DNA of 64,000 nt from Eledone cirrhosa (Eukaryota). Under the pieces are notes generated by a model. It did no database searches, was not told the DNA's origin, and was given only the letters and a program-made list of their open reading frames with translations. Where the stretch lies: assembly GCA_964016885.1 (NCBI GenBank), contig OZ024743.1, positions 6,138,001 through 6,202,000 of the forward strand, read 5' to 3'. The position numbers were made by a program, and so were the translations under genes. Below, piece after piece: positions 40,612 to 56,382 of the stretch; the first letter of the stretch is position 1, and each line of letters opens with the position of its first letter.

Positions 40612-41010
40612 AGCGGCGTCTTGTATGCATAATTTCTGATTTAGGCACAAGGCCAGCAATTCTGGGGGGAGGGGGAAAGTCAATTAAATCGACCCCAGTG
40701 TGTTACTGGTACTTTATTTTATCGTCCCCGTAAGGATGAAAGGCAAAGCTAACCTCGGCGCGATTTGAACTCAGAACGTAAAGGGCCGTAACTCTATGCC
40801 ACGAAACAAGGTGTCCGAGGCTCTACCGATTCTGCCAAATAATAATAAAAATAATAATAATTGTTTCTACTTTTGGCACAAGGCCAGTAATTATCCCAGT
40901 GTATTACTGGTACTTTATTTTATCGACCCCGTAAGGATGAAAGGCAAAGTTAACCTCGGCGGGATTTGAACTCAGAACGTAAAGGGCCGTAACTTTTTGC
41001 TGCAAAAACA
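40612..41010 (-). mobile_element. Two tandem SINE family A copies (40612-40838, 40858-41010)
   Basis: Both contain ccccgtaaggatgaaaggcaaag..tttgaactcag. Confidence 0.85.
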
Positions 41011-41088
41011 ATTAGGATACGTTAATATTAAACATAACAACAGAGAAGTTAGCACTATTTACATAGAGCGACAAACTTTGGTCTAAGG

Positions 41089-41256
41089 CAGTGGTTCCCA
41101 AAGGAGGTTCCGCGAAACTTAAGTGTCTGGAGTTCCGTGAAAAAAGGTAGAGGAATATATTTATATAACGACCATATAACAGTATTAGACTTTAGGGTTC
41201 CCCCAAAAGTTTCTGAACCAAAAAGGGTCCCGCTTTTAAAAAAGTTTGGAACCAAA
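41089..41256. mobile_element. hAT-like MITE
   Basis: cagtggttcccaaa ... aagtttggaacca termini. Confidence 0.55.
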
Positions 41257-41327
41257 TCCGAAATCAAGAGTCTGCTTAAAAAATGCTTTATGAATCTAGG
41301 TTATGAACATTCCTTTAGATTACTTAC

Positions 41328-41499
41328 TGAGTACTCCATCGACAACAACGACATTGAGATACAGAAGGACATGTATTCCGTTGAGCAATCCCTGGTACTG
41401 ACTTAACTGGATCCCGCTGGTTATTATTCTGCTTTCTTCTAGAGTTGTGTTCACGGCGATTCTCGAAACTTCTATGAGGAGTATCTTGCTTGCGACGGA
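41328..41499 (-). CDS. Host gene internal exon (172 nt, phase 1-2)
   Basis: ttcttttgcaaaag|TC..CA|gtaagt; VRRKQDTPHRSFENRREH..NTCPSVSQCRCCRWSTQ; phases fit both neighbours. Confidence 0.65.
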
Positions 41500-42475
41500 C
41501 TTTTGCAAAAGAAATATTTTCAGAGTGTAACATTCGTTATGTTTGTGTATACATTGTACAGGATATAAAAGGAAAAATAACGAATTAATTATTTCAATGT
41601 ACAAATTTTCATTGAAACTAGTCTGCTAATACATCTGTTTTGTTGATTATCTGAGAAATTTTTGTTATATTTGATTTAAGGTAAAGAAAATACTCAAGAA
41701 TCGTTTATTGTGGAACAGAAGTATATAACGATCAAAGTAATTAAGATTAAAATAATAAACAGGCAGAGAGAAAGAGAAAGGGAAAAGAGAAGGGCAGAGT
41801 CTACTGCCCTGGCTCGGCGCCCAGCCTAGTGGACATGATGGCGAAAGCAATGCCGAGGAGAGCAGCCAGCGACATCTGTTGCATCAGCTATCCCACCTTC
41901 TTCAGGCGAAATGCACTCTTCCCGATCTTTACAAGTACAGGAAAGAGACGGCGAAGGCGGCAAATTGACAGTTATTGGAACGTCAACTAAAATAATTCTG
42001 TATTTGTTCTGGTTCTCTGCGCTTCGTGTTCAAATGCTTTTCATCATTTCGAGGTCAAGAAATAAAGTATCAGTCCAATTCTTCCTCTATCTCAATTACC
42101 TTCTCTCGCCCCCTTCTCATTTTCAAAATATGGATGGAGCCCCTACAACTACGCAGACAATATATTTCATTAGAAATATAGCAACGTAATAGTTTTAAAA
42201 AAACGGAAGCTCAGTAACACAATATATTCAGTTAACCTCTAATAATGTGCTTCAAAGAGCAAAATATGCACATACAAATATATAATTCAACAGCGGTTTA
42301 AAGTGACTTTAAGTAGATATGTTTAACTTCACTGTCTTCTAAAAATATTATACACTCGCATGATCCCTCATGCATATGCACATTCCCAAATGAAAAAAAA
42401 ACAAAAACAATATAGACCACATTTTGCCACATCAATAACTGAAACAACAAAATAAATGAAACGCCGCTGCCTCCT

Positions 42476-42544
<69 letters not shown>

Positions 42545-42588
42545 GGATAAATGAATAAAAAAACTTACAATAAAAAGAAACTACTTAC

Positions 42589-44475
42589 CTTGCTTTCTAT
42601 CTTTTACTGAGCCATATTCATCTGAGCGTTCGAAGGTAGTATATCCATCTTGAGTATCAACAAAAAGATTTGGGTTCGGTAATTGATGGTTATTATTTGT
42701 TAAATGTTGTTTGTTTAAATGATCATAATTTTGGTTAGCATGAATGTCAGTTTTGGAATTGTGGTTGCTTATCCCGAGGTCTAAAGCAGCCGCTCTATCA
42801 CCGATTACTTGTCGAACAGATGCACTGTCTTCCTTTCGCAGTGATGGCCTAACTTGTTGGTGAATGGAAGGACTTTTAAAATTGGATTGTTGCCCTTTAC
42901 GTTTTCGGGTAGCATGGTGGGAACCATCTATATCTCGATTGTTTGTTTGTCGTCTTTTACCATGATGGTAATTGGTAATATCATCTGTTTTTGAGTAAAC
43001 TGACTGGCTGTTTCCTTTCTCTCTCGTAGTATCTCGATGGCGATGAAGATTTTGCTGTACATTATGTTGGAGCCTACTGTCATGCCTATCAATTCTGCTG
43101 TCATGATCACTAGTTCTGTTGCGAATGTGTTCTCTTTGAGGAATTATTTCAGATCGTTCTTCTTTGTCACTAACATCAGGTTGAAACATGTTGAACTTTA
43201 TATCAACCGTCGGGACAGTTACAAGCTTTTCCTTAACAGCAGTTTCTTGGTTTTTATTACTATCTGTATATTCGCTTTGGGATGAAGATGTCGTAGATGC
43301 TGTCGTCCTAATCACATGACTTTCTTCACTCTCTTCTGGTTCCTCCCTATGTTCCTCTTTTCTTTGGTAGGGGTTGTATGGTTTTAAATCTTTGTCTGGT
43401 TGGACAGTATTTACATCTGTTCTGTTTTCAATAACTTCACTGTGTGGGATTTTTCGTTCATTTTCTATTGTCGAATCAAAAACTTCTTTTTTCGGAGGTT
43501 GAAGACCATCTCTTCCCGCATGTATGAAATACTGTCGATGGGAACTCTCTGGTCGGGTATCTATGAATGTTTCACTCTCAGGAGGATACTGACTGTTTGG
43601 AATTTCTGGTAAAGTATTTTCCACATTTTTTGAGTTGTGTTGCCGCCTATTTTCAAAGAAATAATCCTGTCCGTATGGCAAATAACCTTCGCCAGGTGGA
43701 ACCTGGAAGTGAGAACCATGATAATCATTGTCAGTTTCATAAGTTGGCAGCTGAGAATCAGGATAGTACTGATCAGGAATATCAACATTGTCTCTCTCTT
43801 CTACCAAAGCTGCACCATCCGGATATGTGGGGTAATGGGGCTGAATAAATCGGCCGTTATGATTCATTCCATGTTGACGGCCCTGGTTTAACCTACTGGG
43901 ATAACTAGGAACGTATCGAGTATCTCCGTCATAATTAGGTTCAAATTCCCCTCTCCCTGCGGGATCGATTTGACCGAATTGTGTTTGAACATTAGAGTTA
44001 GGATGATTTGGCACACGTTGTCCATTGAGAAAATATTCTCCATAATGTATTTGACCGGATGGATCCCGGTTTAAAATAGGGAGATGCTGATTTTGTCTAA
44101 AATTAGATATTTGTGGGTTTCCACCCCTCGGGTATTCTCTACCTGCTCCATAACCGTAATGTGGGAGTACATGTCTATTATCTGATTCCTGTAAACCAGT
44201 TTGTGCTGCATTCTGTTGCTTATATTCACTCAAAAATTTGGGTCCTTCTTTAACGACATAGTATCGACGTGTAGTGGAATGTCCACCTCCTAAGTCATCA
44301 CGGTAAGTATTTCCATTACGATAACCATTTTTTTCGTTTTTACGGTAATCAACCTGATCCGGATACCGAATAACTCCTTCTCGACTTAACTGCGATTGCC
44401 AGTATGCATTAGAACCTTGTAATTGTTGACGGTCTTTACTTCTAGACAGGTCTCTCTCAATCTGACACGATGCAT
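42589..44475 (-). CDS. Host gene giant exon (1887 nt, phase 1-1): low-complexity Y/G/N/Q/P-rich, then acidic and R/H-rich
   Basis: 629 uninterrupted codons in AT-rich DNA, ttttcctttctcaag acceptor, CAAG|gtaagt donor; no TE motifs. Confidence 0.85.
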
Positions 44476-44769
44476 CTTGAGAAAGGAAAAAAGAGGTTAT
44501 ATGTATTTTAATATATATATATATATATATATTAAAATACAAATATTAATAAAATAGATGTTCTTTTGATCAATTACATTTTATTATACATATTTCGGAT
44601 GTACAACCATTTAACATCTCCGGGTATGTCATGTATCATTATATTTTGTCTGATGAGGACGTACTGTTGAAAATTATTTTACCATAGAGTGCTTCCAATC
44701 TACTGTAAAACTCATTCTTTGATATACTCATTGAATCTTGTTTAACTCTTTAATATATATATATATATA

Positions 44770-45589
44770 TAAAGAATTAGTATATCTACCAACATATGTA
44801 TACAGATGCATACCTATGCTAGCAAATATATATGTTTTGTCTTAGTAACTTTGTGGTTCTATGCAAGGGGATGCGGAACAATTATATGAAAGACGTAAAA
44901 TAAGAAAATTATGAAAATCAACTTACTTACTAAAATTTCACTCCAACTAATTAGTTTCTGTAAGGGAATAAATATGGTTACGTAACGCACCCATAGAGAA
45001 TCCTTACGTCATCAGGGAGTCTATTCTCAGCTAAGCTCCCAGGCAATGCGTGGACACAGGGAACTTATATAAAAATAATTCAGTGGATGGAAAAAAGCGA
45101 GCGGGGACTAAATTCCAGGACATTGAAAAAATTCACTGCCTACTTGGTCAGTGGCAAATTCAAAAGAATCAATCACGTGACACTGAGGTTAATCAGAACT
45201 ATTTGTTGAGAAAAACTTGCCGAAATTACTACTATGGTTCATGGTAGTAGTTAGGCTCTTGTCTTATTAGCACCCCACTCCTCACTGATTAACCTCAGTG
45301 TCCCGTGATTGATTCTTTTGAATTTGCCACTGAACAAGTAGGCAGTGAATTTTTTCAATGTCCTGGAATTTAGTCCCCGCTCGCTTTTTTCCATCCACTG
45401 AATTATTTTTATATAAGTTCCCAGTGTCCACGCATTGCCTGGGAGCTTAGCTGAGAATAGACTCCCTGATGACGTAAGGATTCTCTATGGGTGCGTTACG
45501 TAACCATATTTATTCCCTTACAGAAACTAATTAGTTGGAGTGAAATTTTAGTAAGTAAGTTGATTTTCATAATTTTCTTATTTTACGTC

Positions 45590-45596
<7 letters not shown>
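44770..45596. mobile_element. Fold-back element: arms 44885-45197/45285-45596, ~115-nt left extension
   Basis: Near-perfect inverted arms between (TA)n tracts. Confidence 0.88.
45461..45541 (+). ncRNA. Type I hammerhead ribozyme
   Basis: actcc-CTGATGA-cgtaagg..ccttaca-GAAA-ctaattag-TT-ggagt; mirror copy near 44940-45020 (-). Confidence 0.8.
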
Positions 45597-45642
<46 letters not shown>

Positions 45643-45650
<8 letters not shown>

Positions 45651-47540
45651 CGACAGAACCATTACAATTAAAGAGGATGATAAAGGGAGTACAGTAGTCC
45701 TAATGGAGATAGAATTCTATATCAACTTAGCGCTCTCCACTTTGGAAAACGAAACATACTACGAAAAGGCTGAACACTACAATCAACAGAAAATTATGAG
45801 AAACCTAAAAACTCTGATCAACCAATACAAAGAAGGACTCACTAACAAGGAATTCAGCTTCATCACAGACTTCACAAGTAAATCCAGCCTTTTCTACGGT
45901 ATCCCTAAAGTACATAAATAAGTAAGGCATGCAAGGAAGCCACAGACATAGTCATCAATGTCCCCTCACCCAATGATCTCAAATTAAGACCTATAATAGC
46001 AGGCCCCGCTTGCGAAACCCATCGCCTTAGCAACTTCATTGACACCCTTCTCAAGCCTTTTCTCAAACACATCAAAAGCTATATAAGGGACGACCTAGAT
46101 ATGCTCAATCACCTCCCTAATATGCCCCTTTCTGAACAAACCCTACTAGTGACGTTCGATGTAGTCAACCTATACTCCAACATCCCCACAACCTAGGAAT
46201 AGAAGCTATCCAATTCTGGCTGGATAATTACCACAATTAACTCCCACAACGCATCAAAAAAGAATTCGTGATAGAGGGACTCAAATTTATCTTGGAGAAC
46301 AATTACTTCGTTTTCAATAACAAACCCTACAGGCAGAAATCTGGGACCGCTATGGGAACGAAAACAGCCCCCACTTATGCCAACCTAGTCATGGGATACC
46401 TGGGAATCACCCTCTACACTAAAGTACTAAACACATTTGGAAACACTCTCCACTTACACATAGAAAGGAACTGGAAGCGATATCTAGATGACTGCTTCAT
46501 CCTTTGGCACGAAAACATCGAGAAACTTAAAGAATTTCACACCCTTATAAATGGGCTCAACACGAATATTAACTTCACGATGGAATACAGTCATCAACAA
46601 CTCCCCTTCCTCGACATTCTCATTAAGATCCATAACAAAAAATAGAAACAGACATATACTACAAGCCCACAGACTCCAAGCAATATCTTCCTTTCAACTC
46701 TTGCCACCCTAGACACGTTAAAATTAATATTCCCTACAACTTAGCCAAGAGAATCTGTACTATAGTCTCCAATAAAAACACCTGTTACTTACGGCTACAA
46801 GAACTAAAGGACACACTCATAGGCAGGGACTACCCTGCATCACTAATTGACAATGGAATCCAACGTGCCCTAAAACTCAGTACCCAGGACCTTAGACACA
46901 TTAAAGTAAATCAACCGAAACTAAAAGCTCTTCCATACATCTCCACACACAACCCCCTCAATAATGAGGCCTTTGACACCATCCTCCAGAACATCCCTGT
47001 GTTAAAAAAGGACCATAGAATGAACCAAATCCTACGAACACACGATATCATAAAGAGCCAAAGACAATTAAGTCAATGAAAAACATCCTAACACATGCCA
47101 AAGTACTGCCAACCACAACAACGAAACCCACAGTAAAAAAATGCGATAGACCCAACTGTGGCATATACATCAACCTAATAGAGGGTTCGGAATTCTATTT
47201 CAAAGAAGGACAACGTTTTATAGTAAAACACAATTTCACATGCGCATCAGAAAATCTAATATATGTATTAACTTGCTCAGATTGTCGAGAACAATACATA
47301 GGCCAGACTAAAATCAGCCTCCGCCAACGCATGACTGTCCATAGATCCCAAATTAAAATACGGGAATACAGGAAAATACCACTGAGTGAACACATTCATA
47401 CCTGTGCCGCCCCAAATCATCCCAACTTCAGAATCTTTCCCCTCTACAAATTTAAAGATAATGCCACCCACACCCAGCGCATCAGCAAGGAATCTCACTT
47501 TATTAACAAATACGGACCCCGTCTAAACACTTCTCCCTAA
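45643..47540 (+). pseudogene. Penelope-like (Neptune-like) RT + GIY-YIG ORF, 5'-truncated, with frameshifts and stops
   Basis: IKEDDKG, FYGIPKVHK, LRPII, FDVVNLYSNIP, QKSGTAMG, RYLDD, LPFLD, Cys linker CDRPNC, NLIYVLTC..QYIGQT. Confidence 0.9.
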
Positions 47541-48221
47541 GACGAACCCACAACATACACACGTCAACATACATACCTACATCAGCATACATCGCTATCC
47601 ACATATAAACACAATGACATACGTAAACACACATGTTCTATGGTGCAACACAAATATAGACAAATTTGCATACCTTTTGATGTCTATAGATATAAACGTG
47701 CCGACACACACACATACATATACGCACACATGCATTGCACACTGATGGGCACATACATATTTGTACACAAGTATTCCAATACGGCAAGGCCTAATGGATT
47801 CCCCTTGCAGTACGTACAATCTGGACACTCACACACAACTTGGTCTTATGCCAATACTATATATCATGTCACACCTTTTATTATTAAGGTTTTTGATGTT
47901 CTATTGAGAGAATCGTTTTTACTGAAAATATCGAATAATGTACACCATTTTTACCAGTATCGCAAAAATACTGGTCCACCCACACACATTCTCACACACA
48001 TACGCATACACACATATATACACACACACATACACACGCGTACATTAACATACAAAAGGACATATACACACACACTGATCAGAGACACACACTGTATTTA
48101 AGGTCGAGTGACGCAATCTCGAGTGATCAGCGGCCTTTAGACTCACCTGATCAATAAAACAATTGTTAATACTGTAAATAAAACCCTTTTTGTACAGCCG
48201 ACCATGTTATTCTTCACTCTT

Positions 48222-48265
<44 letters not shown>

Positions 48266-48280
48266 TATCATTATTTAATC

Positions 48281-48475
48281 CTAGATCACCTGTGACCCGT
48301 TGGGTCACGTTCACCTAAAAATAATTTTTGAATAATTAAAATATTCACAGACATGTATGTAATGTAAAATGAAATTGGAAGGCCGATATATATATATATC
48401 GGCCTTCCAATTTCATTTTACATTACATACATGTCTGTGAATATTTTAATTATTCAAAAATTATTTTTAGGTGAA
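48281..48475 (-). mobile_element. Helitron 3' end whose internal part is mirrored around (TA)n (palindrome 48310-48475)
   Basis: CTAG plus gtgacc/ggtcac hairpin, same family as 7090-7225; perfect palindrome. Confidence 0.75.
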
Positions 48476-48476
48476 G

Positions 48477-48511
<35 letters not shown>

Positions 48512-48514
48512 AAG

Positions 48515-49307
<793 letters not shown>

Positions 49308-51159
49308 CATATATATATGTGTGTGTATGTGTGCATATATGTGGATGTCTGCGACCTATATACACTGGTCACAAGCACACACACATACACACACACACAT
49401 ACACACACACACACATATATATACACACATACCACCACCACCCTTCACCACCACCTATTTTATGCTCCTGTCAAATAATTCAACAAAAGCACACAACAAA
49501 AAATAAAGATCTCCTCCACACCCCAGGGGTTCAAAAGGTGGGAGAGGGGATGGAGAACTTTGTCGTTGTTTGCAGAAGATGAAACATTTGTTGTTTCAAA
49601 GTAAAAAATATTGTAGTGGGATATACAGAGGGTGAGAGAATTTGGTGGTCAAGTGAGAGAGGGGGAATTGTGAAAGAGAGAGTGAGTGAGGTATGTAGTG
49701 GGATATAGAGAGGGGGGGATTTGTTGGTTTAGTGAGAGGGTATTGTGTGAGTGAATGAGAGTGAGGTATGTTGCGAAATATAGAGAATGGGAATTAAGAG
49801 AGTGAAAGAGAGTGAGGAATATAGTAGAATATAGAGAGGAGGAGAAAATTCGGTCCTCTGGTGAGAGAGGGGGAATTGTTAGAGAGAGTAAGGTAGGTAG
49901 TGGGATATAAAGAGCAGGAGAGAATTTGTTTGTTTAATGAGAGAGGGGAAATTGTGTCTCGTGGCCTACTTGGTAGAATCATAGATGGTGGGGATCCTGG
50001 TCTAAAGTTCGATCCTGGTCGGGAGTAGGGTTCCCAGTAAACCTTTTTCAGTGTTTTTCTATGGGCTGTAAAATAAAAACTGAAAAAGGTTACATGTACC
50101 CCTTGACCAGGATTGAACCTAAGGCTACATCCGAAACTATATCCTCGTTTTGTTTCACATCTATCTAGATTATATTTTAACCCGTAATCCATGTTTCATT
50201 TCTGTTGCACCCCCTCTCTATTTCTCTCTGTGATATTTGAATCTACTATGATTTGGGCTTACTTTATTCATATACATATGTTTATGCATGTCAGATTCAA
50301 ACTTACAATGATTGGCATTATATACATATATTATTTGTTTACTAAAATAATTAAATTAAATTAATTCAACAGTTATTCCTATGTGTTAAATTAATTCAAC
50401 ACACAGGAATAATAAGGTTGTTACTAAAGGACCAGAAGATTTACAAATCGACCTTAAATATTACTAATAGCTTTAGGAAAACCATGAACGATACATCTTT
50501 TTAACTTTGATTTTGAAAGTAGGTTTATAATTATCGATTTTCATTATACTTTTGTAGCTTTCTCGGTGGCCTACTTGGTGGAGTCATAGACGGTGGTGTT
50601 CCTGGTATGAAGTTCGATCCTGGTTGGGAGTAGGGTTCCCGGTAAGCCTTTTCGTTTTTTTTCTATGGGTTGTAAAATAAAAACTGAAAAAGGTTACATG
50701 TACCTCTTGACAAGGATTAAACCCAAGTTCAGGATCTCCACCGTCTCTAGTAACTACCACCTGGCCACAGAGACAACTACGAAAATCTTATGAAAATTCA
50801 TACTTATAAACCTACTTTCAAAATTTTCAAAACAAAGTGTCGTGGTGTTGCTCATGTCTTTCTTAATGTTATTGCGCCTACTTAAAGTCGACTTCTAAAT
50901 CAGTTGGGTGTTCCATAAACTACATCCTCGTTTTGTTTCTCATCTATCCTGATTACATTTTAACCTGCAATCCATGTTTCATTTCTGCTCCACCTCATCC
51001 TCCCCTCTCCATTTAATTTTACAATGAATAAATAACATATTAAAAAAATACATAAGTGGAAACAAAACAGTACAATCAAATTTTTGCGGGAAAATATCTT
51101 ACCTTCTCCAATGAAAAATATTTATTTTGAGAAATCCAGAGACTTTCAATACACTCACT

Positions 51160-51212
<53 letters not shown>

Positions 51213-51221
51213 AATAATGGA

Positions 51222-52042
51222 GCTGCGGCGTTGCAAATGGGTTACATATGAAAAATGTTGTCCTTCATCAGTGATCTTCCAACCATCATAGGCATTTCAT
51301 CGCTTTAAAGACCATATACCTCCGGTTGGTGCTAGCAACGGCTAAAAAAAGTTGTTGGGACACGTAAATAAAGGGGACGCGAGGGTAAACAAGCAAAATG
51401 GTTTAAGCAACAGAAAGTGATGAAGAAAGAGACAAGTCCCAGATTTCTATGAATTTAAATTCGGTGAAATCGTGAACGAGAGAATAAAGACCATCAAACC
51501 TGGTTGAAATGTGAGCAAGGAAGGAATTTCGCACATGTCTAACGGGGGGAAGAAGGGGTCTGGTCTGCGAATTCGGTAAACATAAGTTCTGTGAAATCCT
51601 CCTCCTCTTTCTTCCCGTTTGACCTGTGTGTGATTCTTTTCTCTCGCACGCTGGCCAAGCTGGTATGAATTTTTTTCTCTCTCTCGTCTACGATTTCACA
51701 GAACTTATGTTTACCGGCTAGTGGTGGGTTCTCTTCTGGCTCACATCTCACTCACGTCGGACGGTCTGTATCTCGAACGCTCATGAAATCCACCCAGATT
51801 ATGCTGACCGGATAACCATGTTGCTTGTTTATTGCCATCTTTGCGTTGCTTTCATCCTTCTATGTTGTTTACTTGTCTCACTCGCTTTACGCGATTTACT
51901 TGTCCCAATAGCTTTATTTAGCTATTGCTCGCACCAACTGGAGGTATATGATTTTTAAAGCGATGAAATACCAATAAAGGTTGGAAAATCACTGATGAAG
52001 GACTATTTTTATCATATGTAACCCATGTGCCACCACGCAGTA
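51222..52042. mobile_element. Non-coding element with long, diverged inverted arms; a single arm also at 32140-32475
   Basis: atgggttacatatgaa..gtccttcatcagtgat.. / ..atcactgatgaaggac..catatgtaacccat. Confidence 0.7.
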
Positions 52043-52056
52043 TTCATTCTTCTCAT

Positions 52057-52370
<314 letters not shown>

Positions 52371-52896
52371 TACACAATTTCGTACATAGTCCAAACATCC
52401 AATCTCGCAAAATCCGAAATCTGTATTTTTTGTTATTTATTAAGGTTTAAATACGGTGTTTTTGTCGTATTGAACAGAACAAATCTTGCAGTTTTGCTTT
52501 TTGTTAATCGCTTGTTAAACATTCATAACCTTCCAGCTAGCTACCCCACACCCCTCCCACCCCCATTCTTAATACGTGGACCAATCATAAGCCAGAGACC
52601 CCCCCCCCCACACGCATCACCATTATTATTATTATAAGCCAGAGACCCCCCCCACACGCATCACCATTATTATTATTACGCGGACCAATCATAAGCCAGA
52701 GGCCTATACTATCGCTTGCCCGGTTGCCTTCGATATATGATGGATGGATGGATGGACGGACTGCGGAATCCTGGAGAGTGGAAGGGAGAGAAAAATCTGG
52801 ACGCTCAGAGCGAAAATGCCAAAGTTAAAGTCAAATTCACCTCGTGGACGAGAATGCGAGCACTCCTCTTTGTTTCGCCCGCGGATGGCTAACATA

Positions 52897-55800
52897 ACCC
52901 CATCTCCCCCCCGCCCCCCACCACCCCCACCCTCCAAACGCAATCCAAAACTTCAGAGTTGGTACCATAAATATAGGCACCCTAAAGGGTCGCGCTAACG
53001 AGGTTGTAGAAATGCTTGAACGTAAGGAGGTCGATGTTTGTTGTATTCAAGAGACCAGGTGGAGGGGTGGGTCTGCTAGATTCATTGAGGGTAAAAAACG
53101 ATGTTATACGCTTTTCTGGGTGGGAAACGACGATGGGCTGGGTGGAGTAGGAATCATGGTAGCAGAAAAGTGGGCAGATAAGATAATAGACGTAAATAGA
53201 GTGAACGACAGAATAATTAAAATACGACTTGTCCTCAATAGAACTACGGTGACAGTAATATCTGCGTACGCACCCCAATCCGGACTGCCCGGCACTATAA
53301 AAGACAGATTCTATGAGACACTGTTGCTAACTACCTCCCAAATATCTGACAGTGACTATATAATTATTGCAGGCGACCTAAATGGTCACGTTGGACAACA
53401 TTGTGACGGCTACGACGAAATCCATGGAGGCTATGGGTTTGGTACTAGAAATGAAGAAGGCTCCAGAATCCTGGAATTCTGTGATGCAAATAACCTAACT
53501 ATCTGTAACACTAACTTCAAAAAACGTGACAATCACCTGATCACCTATAGATCCGGGGAACACACAAGCCAGGTAGATTATATCCTTACCAGAAGACGTG
53601 ACAGAGTGTCTGTTGTAAACACTAAATCCCTCCCCCATGAAGAATGCACCTCCCAACATAGACTGATAATTAGCGACCTCATAGTCAGGACGAGACGTAC
53701 TCGACAGCAGAAGAGGACTATCCTCAGGAGAAAAATATGGAAGCTAAAGGACCCCACAGCCAAAAATAAATTTCAAAACATATTACTTGATGCTTTCGAC
53801 AGTAAGGAAGAACATTTAGAGTCGGACAATATAGAGGGACAGTGGGAATTTCTGAAAGCAAACCTGCTGTTGGCGACAGACGAAGTCTGTGGCTGGAGCA
53901 GGCCTGTAGGCAGGAGGAGAGTAACATGGTGGTGGAACAGTAAGGTGGAGGGGTCAATTAAGGCCAAAAAGCAGGCTTGGAAAGTATGGCGGGATGGGGG
54001 AAGTAGAGTAGACTATCAAGTGGCCAGGAGGGAAGCTAGGAGAGAAGTGTACTTAGCAAGAAGGGAAGCTGAGGAAAGAAAGTTCAAGCATGTTCTACAA
54101 CGCGATGACCAAAAACGTGAGGTGTTCAGGATTGCTAGGCAATGCGTCAAGGAAAACCGTGATATTGTCGGGGAGAAGTGTGTACTTAACGATGATGGCA
54201 TACTTGCCATCACCGACGCTGATAAGAAGGTAGCTTGGAAGTGTCACTATGAAAGGCTACTAAATGAGGAGAATAAATGGGAGAAAGACAGTCTCCCCCA
54301 TATCGACCCAATAGAGGGACCAGCAGTGTTAGTCGAGGGGAGTATAATAAGTAAGGCAATCAAGGATATGAAGACGGGTAAGGCGGCTGGGCCTTCGGAA
54401 ATAGTTGCTGAGATGCTGAAGGCATCTGGCACGGTGGGACACACCATGGTCACCCGCATAGTTAACCAAGTCGTACAGAATGGGGTTGTTCCGAAGGACT
54501 GGCATAGCAGCATCATCATTAACTGTTATAAGGGTAAAGGAGACGCCCTAGATAGGAGTAACTATAGAGGCATTAAATTAATCGACCAGGTCATGAAGGT
54601 CACGGAAAAAGTAATAGCGCAACTAATCAGAGAGAGAATTGACCTAGATGAAATGCAGTTCGGGTTTGTGTCAGGCAAAAGTACCACAGACGCTCTTTTC
54701 ATAGTACGACAACTACAGGAGAAGTTCCTAGCTAAAGGTAAACCCCTCTACTTAGCTTTTGTCGACCTGGAGAAAGCCTTCGACAGAGTCCCCCGCTCCA
54801 TTATCTGGTGGGCTCTTAGAAAACTAGGCGTTGACGAATGGCTTGTGAGGGCTATACAAGCCATGTATAAAGAAACAGTCAGCAAGGTTAGAATTAACAA
54901 CGAATATAGTGAAGAGTTTAGCGTAAAAGTTGGCGTCCATCAGGGCTCTGTTCTCAGCCCCCTACTATTTATTATTGCCCTTCAGGCTATAACAGAGGAG
55001 TTCAAGACAGGCTGCCCATGGGAACTCCTATACGCAGACGACCTGACACTCATAGCGGAATCAATGGCCGAGCTAGAGAAGAAATTCCAAACATGGAAGC
55101 ACGGCCTAGAGTCAAAAGGACTTAAAATTAACCTGGCTAAGACCAAAGTTCTAGTTTGTAGGAAAGAAAACAAGGCGGCGGTCCCTTCTGGGAAATGGTC
55201 GTGCTCGGTGTGTAGGAAAGGCGTAGGTAGAAACTCCATTTTATGTCCTAAATGCAAAGTATGGGTGCATAAAAGATGTAGTGGGATCACAGGTAAGCTA
55301 ACTAAGAACATAGATTTTACATGTGGCCGGTGTTCTGGTGCAATAAGTAGCAGCAAGTGCCCACAAAATACTAGCTCTTTCAATGGCGCAGAGGGTCCTA
55401 TAGAAATAGTGGACAGCTTCCGTTACCTGGGCGATAAAATCAGCAGTGGGGGAGGGTGCTCTGAAAGTACTGTAGCTAGAGTCAGAACTGGTTGGAAAAA
55501 GTTCAGAGAGCTTATACCACTATTAGCTGCTAAAGGGTTCTCCCTAAAAATGAAAGGCAGGTTGTACGATGCCTGCATACGAACAGCAATGTTGCATGGC
55601 AGTGAGACCTGGGCATTGTGTGCAGAGGATATACGCAGACTAGAGAGGAACGAAGCTTGCATGCTCCGCTGGATGTGTAACAGTAATATACGTGAACGGC
55701 AAAGCATAAACGAACTAAGGAAAAAATTAGAGATAAGAGGGATCAGATGTTGTTTACTCGAGAGAAGGCTACGTTGGTATGGACACGTGATGCGCATGAA

Positions 55801-56382
55801 AGTCGATAGCTGTATAACAAAGTGCAGGGCAATAAAGATAGACGGTAGTCACGGAATAGGCAGACCTAGAAAAACCTGGGACGAGCTGATAAACTCCGAC
55901 ATCACACACTTACACCTATCCAAGACAATGTCACTGGACCGAGACCTTTGGCGGTACTCAGTAACAGAGAAGACCCGCCTTACCTAAATATATAGTAAAA
56001 CCTACTCCAGCCAGTAGGCATCTCTAACAAAATACACCCCGTCCCACCACCACCACCCCATCCACACCACCCCATTCTATGTAAAGTTATGTTGGTGCCG
56101 CGCCATCCAGGCCGAAACAAATGAGATCATGTAGGTGTCACGACAAAAAAACACACAGTCCACGCTGTAATGTGGCCGTGTAGGCAACACGGTAAAAACC
56201 TCCCAGACCCACACTGTAAATGTGGTTGGTGTTAGGAAGGGCATCCAACTGTAGAAAACCTGCCAGACAGTCCTATGCGAGCAAGACAATCACTCTTGCC
56301 TCAAGTGGGACTACCCCCGTCCAAACCCATGCAAGCGTGGAACACGGACGTTAAACGTTGATGATAATGATGATGATGATGA

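Noticed and set aside
51100-51150. Minus-strand donor GAAG|gtaaga as an upstream host exon
   Set aside because: The phase-1 frame has a stop a few codons upstream and there is no good acceptor.
51992-52010. CTGATGAAGGAC in the 51222-52042 and 32140-32475 elements as a hammerhead
   Set aside because: No closing stem II or GAAA follows.
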